The translations under genes were made by a program, and so were the position numbers. The notes below the pieces were generated by a model. That model saw only the letters and a list, made by a program, of their open reading frames with translations, had not been told where the DNA came from and ran no database searches. From a virus (lineage: Duplodnaviria; Caudoviricetes): DNA of 58,240 nucleotides. The stretch spans positions 1-58,240 of the IMG/VR virus record IMGVR_UViG_3300046167_000591; one strand, 5' to 3'. Position 1 is the stretch's first letter. Each line of letters begins with the position of its first letter. This document shows, piece after piece, positions 1 through 10,396 of the stretch.

Positions 1-664
1 TCAATTCATACTTTCCCGATGCCGATCAGGCTAATAGAAAAAATCAAAACAACACACAAAACGATACAGAGTTTTTTAACTCTTATATAAATGCTGAAAA
101 CAAGCTAACTCCGTTTATTACAGATGAAGGCGACTGGGGGCTAGGAGGTTCTACTAATGGCTATTCGCTTTGGAGGTGGAATGGAACAAGAACTATAGCA
201 AAAATTGGAATTGTTGAAGCAACATATAATGGGACTAATGGAGGAAGCAAAACTATTTCTATAGCAGATAGAATAGATAGAAAAGAATGGGCTAAAATAA
301 AAGGCAACAAATTAGTTGCTCCAAGTAAAAATGATCCAATATGGGTTACAGGTACCGGAAGATTAGGTGGTGCTGTTAGTGATACTAGTAATCCTTATAT
401 AATTATAGACCCAACACCAGTTGAAATTTATGTAAATGTAATTATTAAACCAAAAAACCCAAAATGGGGATATGATGTTGGAAGTTTAGGTCAATACGAG
501 TATACGCTGCTGCGTTTTCTACAAACTTTGAATTAATAGCAGAAGAACAAAATAAGTTAGTTATTGAAATACTTAAATATTGCGGTGTTGTTATAAAAGA
601 CCCACAAATTGTACAAATAGCTGCACAACAAGCACAACAAGAAGAAATTAACGAGAAAAGATAA
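1..664 (+). CDS. C-terminal part of a virion head-tail/ring protein that begins at 58120 (apparent frameshift near 505-520)
   Basis: Open frame from base 3 to ~535 (...KPKNPKWGY...). The C-terminus STNFELIAEEQNKLVIEILKYCGVVIKDPQIVQ...EKR* is in a shifted frame. Lies after the MCP cluster. Confidence 0.7.
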
Positions 665-670
665 TAAGTA

Positions 671-1881
671 ATGGCGCAAATAACAGAAAATAACGAACAA
701 TATTATTCAGGTTCTCAAACGTTTTTTGATGCCAGTAGTGCAACAACAACGTTTCAAACTACATTTAATACCGATTTGGTATTTTATTCTCATGACCCTA
801 GCAATATAAATTATCCTTTAAATAATTTTAAACTTTATACTAGTCCAGATGGTCAAACATGGACCGAGTATACTTCTTCATTTAGTGTAACAACTAATAA
901 AATTACAACAGGATCATCAATTCCAGCCGGTACTTATGTAGCAGTACAATTAAAAAGATTAGATGGCGGCGAATACGCTGATCAAGAACGCGTTTGGAAA
1001 CACTACAGAGAACAATTATGGTAGTTATCAATACATACCATTAAAAGAAATTATAGACAACTTTATGGTCGCTTATGTGGGTGATGGTAAATTAATACAA
1101 ACAGTTAAAAAAACAGATATATTATTTCATGCTAAAAGAGGTTTACAAGAATTTAGCTATGATACTTTAAAAAGTATTAAAAGCCAAGAATTAAGTGTGC
1201 CTCATAACTTATCTGTAATATTACCTCAAGGATTATGTTAACTATGTGCGCTTATCATGGATTGATGATTTAGGTGTGCGTAGAATAATACAACCTACAA
1301 GACTCACTAAAAGACCATCTGAAGCGCCTATACAAAGCGGTAATGGTATTCCATTACAAGATAACTTTTCAAGCAACATTGAAGGTACTTCGCAAATAAA
1401 TGAAAGATGGGCTAATGCTGATACTAAAAAAATTACAGGACAGTTTTCATCTACTGAACTTGATAATGGCTACAATGTTTTAGGATTTGAAAGTGGTTAT
1501 TATTTAGATGCTTACGGTAAAAGATACGGATTAAATCCTGAAACAACACAAACAAATGGTTGGTTTGTAATAGATGAAACACAAGGCAAAGTTAGTTTTT
1601 CAAGTGATTTAGTTGATAAGCTAATATTGTTTGAATACATATCTGATGGACTTGCGTATGACCGAGATACAAAAGTACCTAAGCTAGCTGAAGAGGCATT
1701 GTATAAATATATATTGTATAACGTTATTTATACAAGAGCTAATCAACCAGAGTACTTAGTACAAAGATTAAAAAGAGACAAAAGTGCTGCTCTTAGAAAC
1801 ACTAAAATAAGATTATCAAATATTAAACTAGAAGAAATTAGCCAAGTATTTAGAAACAAGGCTAAATGGATAAAACACTAG
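671..1881 (+). CDS. Tail tubular/ring-type structural protein, split into 3 ORFs by apparent frameshifts (~985, ~1230)
   Basis: ORFs 671-1024, 963-1241 and 1246-1881 read as one protein (...FHAKRGLQEFSYDTLKSIKSQEL...EYISDGL...PKLAEEALY...KAKWIKH). Immediately upstream of the tail stabilisation gene. Confidence 0.65.
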
Positions 1882-1887
1882 AATTAA

Positions 1888-4800
1888 ATGGCTGAAATTA
1901 AAAATACATTTTTAAAGTCTAAGATGAATAAAGACTTAGACGATCGTATTGTACCTAATGGTGAATACAGAGATGCTGTTAATGTAACTATTAGTCAATC
2001 AGAAGCAGGTGATGTTGGTGCAGTTGAAAATGTTAGAGGTAATATTGAAAAGCTACAAATAGATACTGATATTAATTTTATAGGCTCTTTAGCTGATGAT
2101 GTAAACAACGTTATTTATATATTTGGCACTGATAATACTTCTGAAGACGCTGCAACAGGAACTTGTGGTATATATAGATACAATGCAACTGCTAATACCG
2201 TTGTGCCTTTAGTTAAAGGTATTTTTCTTAATTTTTCTACGCTTTATCCAATGCACGGTATAAACTTGTTAGAAAATTTATTATTTTTTACAGACAATAG
2301 AAATCAGCCAAGAGTAATAGATGTTGATAAAGCACTTGCTAATCCTGCAACAGATCCATCACCATATTATACAAAAGAAGAACATTTATCAGTAGCAAAG
2401 TATGCACCATATGAAGCAATTGATGTTTATTATCAAACTACAGGAACAGCTAATGGTGCTACATCAGGAACTGGTTTTAATTTTGGAATAGCTGGCACTA
2501 CAACAGATATTCAAGTAGGTGATTATTGTGTTAATACTTCAACAGGGATATTTTTAGGAATTGTAAATAGCGTTGTAGTAACAACTAACGCTTCTGTAAT
2601 AGTTGATAGAGATATTTCAGCAGTTTTACCAGTAAATGGTAATGAAATACAATTTACAAGAACCACTATGAGCGACCAGTCTGGTAATGCTTCATGGGGT
2701 GGTGATCCTGATTTTATTGAAGAAAAGTTTATAAGACTAAGCTATAGATTTAAGTATGAAGACAATACTTACTCTTTAATAGCACCATATACACAAACTT
2801 TATTTATTCCTAAGCAAAGAGGTTTTTTTGGCGAAGACGATGAAGAAACAACTTATCAATCAACCATAGTTTCTTTTATGGAAAACTTGATTAATAACAT
2901 TGAGCTTTATGTTCCGCTGCCCTCCTCAAATATATCTATTGATTATAAAATTAAAGAAGTTGAACTTATATATACTGAATCTGATTCTAATATTGCAAAC
3001 GTATTACAGTCGGTACCAGTAGCAACAGTTCAAGCTAATATAGAAACAACTTATAAGCCAGAAAAAAATTACTTTAAGTTTGTTTATCAATCTCAAAAAC
3101 CTTTTAAAACTTTAACAACTGCTGAAACAACAAGAGTTGCAGATAAAGTACCAGTAAAAGCATTAGCACAAGAAATAATTAGCAATAGAGTTGTTTATGG
3201 TAATTTTGTAGATAGAAGAAACTCCCCGCAGTTTTTAGATTATAATATAGCTGCTCAAGAAAGAGATTTAACTGGAAGCCCTTTAGCTGCATCATACCCA
3301 CAGCATAGTTTAAAACAAAATAGAAATTATCAAGTTGGCGTAGTATTATCCGATAAATATGGTAGAGCATCAGATGTAATTCTTTCTGAAGATATTACTG
3401 GTATATCTGAGTTTCCAGCTTCTACATTATTTCATCTCTATAAAGAAGAAAGTTGGGCACCAGGTGTTGCTGATTGGTTAGGCGATTCATTAAGAATAAT
3501 ATTTAATACTGTAGTGCCTAGTGATGATTTATATGCAATACCACAAACATTTACATTAGCCGCAGCCCAAACGGGTACAACAATAGTTGGTACTACATAT
3601 ACTATAGTAGGCTTAGATGTTACATCAACCGTTGAGGCTGGTGAATATTTAAGAGCAAAGCAAAGAGATTTTACAAAAGTTGTCAGCTCAACTTTGGTTG
3701 GAAGTGATACTGTAATTGTTACTGAAGAAGAAATATCTAGTGTTTATTTATACACAGGTGGTTATCCAGCAACTACACCTGAAGAGCCAAAGTATGTTTA
3801 TACATTAGATCAAACCGGTTGGTATAGTTATAAAATAGTTATAAAACAAACCGAGCAAGATTATTACAATGTTTATCTTCCTGGTATACTAAATGGAAAT
3901 CCTATAGCTCCACTCGAACTTAATAGAGTAGCTAACATTGTATTACATTCTGATAATATAAATAAAATACCAAGAGATTTATCTGAAGTAGGACCTGACC
4001 AAGATAAGTATAGATCAAGTAGTGTAAGAATATATGGTAGAGTAAATAATACAACTACCGCGTTTTCTCCCACATATAATCAACAACTTTATTTAGGTAG
4101 AATTGATAATTTTGTAACACAAATAGCAACAGAAACAGACTTTTTTGCATCAGAATTTGGAGCTAGTGGTTATACTCCATTTGCTGGTTTTTATAATGTA
4201 AATTCTAACCCATTATTGGCTAAAATAGATATTTTTGAAAATAATGCAGCTATGAATATTCCGCCAAATATACCTCCTAACGTTGGCGTAAATGAGGCTG
4301 CATATACCGGTGATACTAATACTTTACCTCAATTAGCTGTGTTTGAAACGGAAGCTACTGAATCTAGGTTAGATATATATTGGGAATCATCAACAACAGG
4401 TTTAATAGCTGATTTAAATGAATTAATAGCTCAAAGCTTTGATGGCGTTGCTGGTGTTTCTTCGTTTAATAGTGTTTTTAACGAATCTAATAATTATGAT
4501 GGTACACCAAGCGGTTTACCTATAACAACTTCATTTAATCCAGTAGATGGTGCTGGAACAGCTATGTCAAGTACAACAGCGACAATTGACAACATTGTAG
4601 ATGGTAATGGCACTTCTGTTGTCAACGATAATAGTATTTTTGAACTTGATTTAATAAGTACAGGTCCAGACGTTTATAAAATTAATTGTAAACAAGACTT
4701 TGCTTATTTAGAAAGCAGCAGTACTTCAGATGTTTATACTTTTACTTTAAAATTTGTAGTTGGAACAACAATTTCTTATCATGATATATCTGTTGAATTA

Positions 4801-5928
4801 TTAAATGATAACCCAAGTTTAGGGTCTTCATTAGCTGATCAAACAATATTTTTAGGTGATACTGAAATTAGTGATACAATACAACCTATTTTAAATGGTG
4901 CAGCAACAAATACAGATGCTCAGTTAGTATTAGAAATTGATAGCCAAACAATGTTATCACCGAGTGCGGGTTCTTCTACAACTGCATTTGGTACTTCATT
5001 AACGGATGAAGGAAGTTTTCAAAGCGGTAAAATTACAGTTGTTGACGAAAGCCAACTTACTGCTGGTGACATTTATAGTGTAACTTATAAAGCATCTGAC
5101 GCTAATAAAGCAACTGGATTTTTAACAGATTCAGATACAGTACAAATAACCATAGCTGATCCTGTAACTTCACTTTCTACGAATACAGGAACTAACCAGT
5201 GGATTTACAAAGGTGGATTTGTAGCAAGTACAGGTAGTATATATCAAAAACCTATTATACCTTGTTCAAGTACTTATCCAGGAAAGGTAGGACATAGAAT
5301 ACAAGTAAACAATATTTATTCAGAGCAATCGAATATTCCTGGTTTAGGTCAAACAGGAGCGTTTACTTTAGCTATGCAAATTGTAACTGCTACAGGTGGT
5401 AGTAATAATGATTGGTTTGATCCAACTAGTACTGGAAGATACAGTAGTAACGTTCCATTTGTTGATTGGTTTGAATTTGATAGTGACGATTGTACTAGTC
5501 TTAACGGTACAACTAAAACCACTTACAACTCTGGTTCAGACCCTACAAAAAGAGGTATATTACTAGATGCAACTGAAATAACTGCTGGACAAAATATTAC
5601 TGCTTATATGCTTTTTGAAGACATCTTATTAAACAAAAGAGGTGCTTGGGCATTTGGAACTAGTGGTGCTTATAGCTACTCAGAAGGGTATGTGTCTATT
5701 AAATTTGTACTTAAGCCTTATGATCCAGTAGGAACTTATATTACTGATAGATGGGATGAAACTGATGGCTATCTTATAGCTAGCGGTACTTTGGATTTTG
5801 TTGGTTATCCTGAAAACGAAGATACTAATCCTTCGCCTACTACAGTATATGCTGGTTTAAATGACCCTAGTACAGTCATTGGAGTGGCTTGTGCTAGTGG
5901 AACTGGTAATCCTGGTACATCATGTTAA
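1888..5928 (+). CDS. Tail stabilisation/nozzle protein (P22 gp10-like, crAss-type) with a T/S/G-rich C-terminal extension
   Basis: N-terminus KMNKDLDDRIVPNGEYRDAVN...GDVGAVEN and LLFFTDNRNQPR, SLKQNRNYQVGVVLSDKYGR resemble crAss-like stabilisation proteins. 1346 aa. Confidence 0.75.
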   Translation: MAEIKNTFLKSKMNKDLDDRIVPNGEYRDAVNVTISQSEAGDVGAVENVRGNIEKLQIDTDINFIGSLADDVNNVIYIFGTDNTSEDAATGTCGIYRYNATANTVVPLVKGIFLNFSTLYPMHGINLLENLLFFTDNRNQPRVIDVDKALANPATDPSPYYTKEEHLSVAKYAPYEAIDVYYQTTGTANGATSGTGFNFGIAGTTTDIQVGDYCVNTSTGIFLGIVNSVVVTTNASVIVDRDISAVLPVNGNEIQFTRTTMSDQSGNASWGGDPDFIEEKFIRLSYRFKYEDNTYSLIAPYTQTLFIPKQRGFFGEDDEETTYQSTIVSFMENLINNIELYVPLPSSNISIDYKIKEVELIYTESDSNIANVLQSVPVATVQANIETTYKPEKNYFKFVYQSQKPFKTLTTAETTRVADKVPVKALAQEIISNRVVYGNFVDRRNSPQFLDYNIAAQERDLTGSPLAASYPQHSLKQNRNYQVGVVLSDKYGRASDVILSEDITGISEFPASTLFHLYKEESWAPGVADWLGDSLRIIFNTVVPSDDLYAIPQTFTLAAAQTGTTIVGTTYTIVGLDVTSTVEAGEYLRAKQRDFTKVVSSTLVGSDTVIVTEEEISSVYLYTGGYPATTPEEPKYVYTLDQTGWYSYKIVIKQTEQDYYNVYLPGILNGNPIAPLELNRVANIVLHSDNINKIPRDLSEVGPDQDKYRSSSVRIYGRVNNTTTAFSPTYNQQLYLGRIDNFVTQIATETDFFASEFGASGYTPFAGFYNVNSNPLLAKIDIFENNAAMNIPPNIPPNVGVNEAAYTGDTNTLPQLAVFETEATESRLDIYWESSTTGLIADLNELIAQSFDGVAGVSSFNSVFNESNNYDGTPSGLPITTSFNPVDGAGTAMSSTTATIDNIVDGNGTSVVNDNSIFELDLISTGPDVYKINCKQDFAYLESSSTSDVYTFTLKFVVGTTISYHDISVELLNDNPSLGSSLADQTIFLGDTEISDTIQPILNGAATNTDAQLVLEIDSQTMLSPSAGSSTTAFGTSLTDEGSFQSGKITVVDESQLTAGDIYSVTYKASDANKATGFLTDSDTVQITIADPVTSLSTNTGTNQWIYKGGFVASTGSIYQKPIIPCSSTYPGKVGHRIQVNNIYSEQSNIPGLGQTGAFTLAMQIVTATGGSNNDWFDPTSTGRYSSNVPFVDWFEFDSDDCTSLNGTTKTTYNSGSDPTKRGILLDATEITAGQNITAYMLFEDILLNKRGAWAFGTSGAYSYSEGYVSIKFVLKPYDPVGTYITDRWDETDGYLIASGTLDFVGYPENEDTNPSPTTVYAGLNDPSTVIGVACASGTGNPGTSC

Positions 5929-5935
5929 TATTAAT

Positions 5936-5958
5936 AAAAACACGTAATATTTAATAAT
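5936..5958 (+). promoter_or_regulatory. Putative late promoter (AAACACGTAA motif)
   Basis: AAAAACACGTAATATTTAATAAT directly upstream of ATG 5960. The same core occurs at 40681, 43313 and 58052. Confidence 0.6.
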
Positions 5959-5959
5959 T

Positions 5960-7355
5960 ATGGCGTCATTAGAAATAGCATTTTATAACACATATATACT
6001 TAAAAAGTTAACGGACAGCAGTAGTGCTAATACAAGTCCAGAATGGGCTGGTGGTAATCCTTCAAATACGCCTGACCCTGCTAATGATTCTGAATGGTGG
6101 TATTTAGAAGAAGCAAGAATACGTGGTGGATTTAACAATACTATTACTGACTTAGGTAAAAAAGCATATATAGTTGAAGAAGATGATGAATCACAGCAAA
6201 GAACAAATGCGTTAATATATTCAGGTATATATAATTCTAGAACAGGTTTTAATGGCACTAATGTGTTTTCTGTGGCTGAAAATATAACTAAAAGCGTTGA
6301 CCCTGCTTATGGTAGTATACAAAAACTATATGCTGAAGATACTAATTTAACAATATTTCAAGAAGAAAAAGTTAGTAGAGCATTAATAGACAAAGACGCA
6401 ATATACTCTGCTGAAGGTGGTGGAACAGTAACTTCAACAAACTTAGTTATTGGACAAATAGTACCTTACGCTGGTAACTACGGTATAAGCACTAACCCTG
6501 AGTCTTTTGCTGTTTATGGCTATAGAAAATACTTTACAGATAAAAGAAACAACGCGGTATTACGTTTATCAGCTGATGGTATTACAGAAATATCATCTTA
6601 TGGTATGAAAGATTGGTTTAGAGATAATTTAGAAGATAAAACTAAACTTGAAGGTGCTTGGGATATTTACAAAAAGAAGTATGTTATTTCTTTACAAGGT
6701 GATGAATCATATACACTTACTTTTGATGAAAGTATTAAAGGCTGGGTAAGTTTTTATACATACTACCCAGAAGATATGGTTAGCTTGCGTAATAATTTTT
6801 ACAGTTTAAAAGATAATAAATTATGGCAACATAATTCAGAGCTTGTTGAAAGAGGTAATTTTTATAACAACGGCGTTACAAAAAGTAGCATACAGTTTAC
6901 AATGAATGCGCAACCGTCTCTTGTTAAAAACTTTAAAACTATAAACTTTCGAAGGTACGAGTAACTGGAACATGGATAGCTTTGTTACTGATTATGAAAA
7001 TGCTAAGTCAGATGATATAGATTAGCTTGATAGACGGCGCGTATTTTCAAGCAGGTATTCAACAACCATTTCAGTGCTGGTTTTGATCAGAAAAGAAAAT
7101 AAATACTTTGCATACTTAATAGCTAACGATACATGTATCTCAGACTCCTAATATATCATGCTGGGAAGCCGTTACCATTAGACGGTGTAGGAATAACGCT
7201 GGATGCAAATGGCAACGCATCAAAAAGTCAGGAGCTTAAAGGTTTTTACTCCACTGTTACATTGTCTAGTGGCGATACAGATAAACAGGTGACTTTTCAA
7301 CCATGAGAATTATTTGCTGTTTCGCGCTGAGTATAACGTGGGCTCTTCGTATTAA
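5960..7355 (+). CDS. Tail protein (second part of the nozzle/stabilisation module); 3' end damaged by indels
   Basis: ORF 5960-6964 (YGSIQKLYAEDTNL, YGISTNPESFAVYG, YFTDKRNNAVLRLS, GWVSFY). Broken coding continuation (KNFKTIN-EG, KENKYFA, KGFYSTVT, ELFAV...SSY*) to ~7355. Confidence 0.65.
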
Positions 7356-7365
7356 ATTAAATTAA

Positions 7366-7809
7366 ATGGGTAGAACTTCAAAAAACAGTGCACAGGATTG
7401 ACAAGATTTTCTTGTGCAAAATAATGACTTAGAAGGTGTACACGGAGACGGTAAATCAATCGCTGTTGTTCCTGATATACCAATTACTAATTATTTTGCA
7501 GACGGTATATATTTAAGACAAATGGAAATGCCAGCTGATACTGTAGTTGTAGGAGCAATACACAATCATTTGCATGCGTGGTTTTTATTAACTGGCCGTG
7601 TGCTAATTAATAATAACGGTGAAATTATTGAACATATTGCACCTTGTTTTACTATTTCAAAACCAGGCGCAAAAAGATTAATATACGCATTGGAAGATTC
7701 TATTTTTGTAAACGTACATAAAAACCCTTCTAATACGCAAGATTTAAAAGAATTAGAAAAAGAAATTGTTTCAATGACAATAGACGAATTTAACGAAAAA
7801 TATAAATAA
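7366..7809 (+). CDS. Cupin-fold protein
   Basis: FADGIYLRQMEMPADTVVVGAIHNHLH...PGAKRLIYALEDSIFVNVH is a typical phage cupin pattern. The true start is probably ATG 7366, with indels before 7414. Confidence 0.65.
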
Positions 7810-7810
7810 T

Positions 7811-8563
7811 ATGAGTTTCATAGCAGTTGGTGTTTCAGCCGGTACAGCGATACTTGGCGGTATAATAGGCGGCGGTAAAGCTAGACGACAAAGAAGAGCA
7901 GCGGCAAGAAGAGCTAGAGCTTTAGAAAAGCAATTAGAAGCTATAAAAAAGACTAGACCGCCTGTACCAGATTTAGCGTCAAATATAAGCGACTTATCAG
8001 GTGTTGCGCAAGATTTATCAGGAATGATTACAAATCCATATGCTAATTTAGGTGTTGCTACTGGTGCTGCTGAAATACAAATGGAGCAATCTGACATTGC
8101 TTTAGCAAATACTTTAGATACATTAAGAGCAACAGGATCTGGCGCTGGTGGAGCTACCGCATTAGCACAAGCCGCTTTGCAAAGTAAGAAAGATGTTGCA
8201 GCAAACATTGAACAACAAGAAGCTCAAAATGAAAAATTAGCAGCTCAAGGTGAAGCTCAAATGCAACAAGCTAAAATGTCTGAGCAACAAAGACTACAAG
8301 GTATACAAATATCTGAAGGACAACGTGTACAGCAAGCAGAAATGATGGCTGATCAATTTGAGTTTGGTGCTACAGAAAAACGTGTAGATCAAGATTTAAA
8401 TAGAGTTGCAAGTCAATTAGGTCAGCAACAACAAGTTCAAGCACAAGCTGCATCAGCTGAAGGCGCTGCATGGTCAAGCGCTTTAGGTGGTGTAAGTAGT
8501 GCGTTTGCCGGAGCTATTGGTGAAATGAGTTGGGATAAGGGCAAATTAACAACAAATAACTAA
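7811..8563 (+). CDS. Putative internal virion/ejection protein 1
   Basis: Gly/Ala-rich hydrophobic ends and a Gln/Ala-rich helical core. First of three genes of increasing size after the tail genes. Confidence 0.6.
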   Translation: MSFIAVGVSAGTAILGGIIGGGKARRQRRAAARRARALEKQLEAIKKTRPPVPDLASNISDLSGVAQDLSGMITNPYANLGVATGAAEIQMEQSDIALANTLDTLRATGSGAGGATALAQAALQSKKDVAANIEQQEAQNEKLAAQGEAQMQQAKMSEQQRLQGIQISEGQRVQQAEMMADQFEFGATEKRVDQDLNRVASQLGQQQQVQAQAASAEGAAWSSALGGVSSAFAGAIGEMSWDKGKLTTNN

Positions 8564-8565
8564 AC

Positions 8566-10377
8566 ATGGGAGCATACGAAAATCCAGGACAATTTCAAAT
8601 ATACGACCCTACAGGAGATATAATGTTAGCACAGGCTTTTTCTCAAGTTGGTACTAACTTAATGAAGGCTTTGCAAGAAAGAAAACAAAAAGCAAAAGAA
8701 ACAATATTTAAAAGCTTTCAGTTAAATGAAAAAGAAAGAGAAGCACAAGCAAAACAAGATGCTGTTATTGCAAACGCAGCATTGGATGCTAACTTCGATG
8801 TTACCAAAATGCGTGATTTTATTGATGGGCTAAAAGACGAACAGTTTAAATTATCACAAAAAAGAAACTCATATATATCCAGAGGTGAAGTTCCACCGCA
8901 GGATTTAACAGACCAGTACGACCAAATTAGCAGTACTATTAGAATAGGTGTACCTACATTGTTAAATACTTATAAGCAATTTAACGAGGCTGGTAATCAA
9001 GTTACTCAAGGCGCTTTAGGAGATCAAGGTGGTACCTCTGCTTTAGTCAATTCAACAGCGATGGACTTGTTTGAGAAGTTTTCTTCATCGACAAAAGGTA
9101 AATACAAAATGGGCTGGATTACTGATTCAGATGGAAAACGTGAATTAGGTTTTATAGCTGAAGATGGTACGCAAGCTAGTTTTACAGGTTTATCTGAAGC
9201 AGCAAGCTACTACGGAAGAAAAGTACCTAATGCTGATCAAAACTTTGAAGACTCTGAAGTTATTAAACAACAACAAACAAAATACAAAGAATTATTTACA
9301 CCAGGCGCAATTCAAACAAAAATTGCAAATGATGGTATAGATGCAGCAAGAAAATTTTATAAAGACTACGGTAACTTTAGAACAGTGCAAAGCGGTAATA
9401 CCGTAAAAGAAATATTTGTATTAGATACTAATAAATTAGCTAATGTGGAGGCATCAGAATCAGCTTTAGATAATAGAGCAGCGGAAGTTGTGGCAAACTC
9501 TACGCCAGAACAGTTAGAAGATATTTACAATTCTGTATTAATGACAGTAACTAAAAAAGAAGAAACTGATCAATTTGGTAAAAAAACTACCAGAAATGTT
9601 TTTGTAAATGCTACTACAGGTGAAGAAGGAGATGTTATGTTATTTGATGGTAATACCACGCCTGAAGAAATAGAATCATTTAAAACAGCTTATAAAGATC
9701 ATTACAGAAGCGGCATATCTAGAGGTTTAGCTGAAACTATGACTTTTAATACTTACACTGTAAAACCAGATACTACCAAAGAAAAACCGATTGACACTAC
9801 AGGAGTTATAGTTGCTGAAAACTTGTTAGATTTACCTATAGCAAAACAATTTCAAGTTGTTGGAGGCGAAGGTGTAATGACTGAAGATCAAGAAGTAGAA
9901 ATGCTTGATAACTTTATAAAAACAGCAAATGCTGCTGGTAAAGGAATGCAGTATATTCCTGCATCAGCATTAGAAGAAACTATACTTAGTCAAAACGTGG
10001 ATGCTGGTGGTAATCCAACAACTTCAACAGACCCTAAAAAAGCAATACCAATACTAAAGTATTACGAAGATGAAAAAGGTGCTAAAAATCCAATAGATGC
10101 TAGGCAAATGATATTAGATGATTACAAAAATAAGTTTGGTGAGGCAGCTATTTACAAACTAGATAAAGGTGTCCCAAGAGAATTAACAACAGCAGAAAAG
10201 AAAAGATTAAAAACATATACAGGTAGATATGAACTTATAGGCGAGTCTGTTAATATTAATGATAGGACTAATGAAGTTTTGAAAGAAATATTTGGAAGAC
10301 TAGATAGCGGCAAAATAACTATAGAGCAATTAAATGCTGCAGGTGGTATAGACGCAATATTAAAACAATATAAATAA
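8566..10377 (+). CDS. Putative internal virion/ejection protein 2
   Basis: 603-aa ORF located between ejection protein 1 and the giant protein. Confidence 0.5.
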   Translation: MGAYENPGQFQIYDPTGDIMLAQAFSQVGTNLMKALQERKQKAKETIFKSFQLNEKEREAQAKQDAVIANAALDANFDVTKMRDFIDGLKDEQFKLSQKRNSYISRGEVPPQDLTDQYDQISSTIRIGVPTLLNTYKQFNEAGNQVTQGALGDQGGTSALVNSTAMDLFEKFSSSTKGKYKMGWITDSDGKRELGFIAEDGTQASFTGLSEAASYYGRKVPNADQNFEDSEVIKQQQTKYKELFTPGAIQTKIANDGIDAARKFYKDYGNFRTVQSGNTVKEIFVLDTNKLANVEASESALDNRAAEVVANSTPEQLEDIYNSVLMTVTKKEETDQFGKKTTRNVFVNATTGEEGDVMLFDGNTTPEEIESFKTAYKDHYRSGISRGLAETMTFNTYTVKPDTTKEKPIDTTGVIVAENLLDLPIAKQFQVVGGEGVMTEDQEVEMLDNFIKTANAAGKGMQYIPASALEETILSQNVDAGGNPTTSTDPKKAIPILKYYEDEKGAKNPIDARQMILDDYKNKFGEAAIYKLDKGVPRELTTAEKKRLKTYTGRYELIGESVNINDRTNEVLKEIFGRLDSGKITIEQLNAAGGIDAILKQYK

Positions 10378-10396
10378 TAATTTACAAAAATAATAT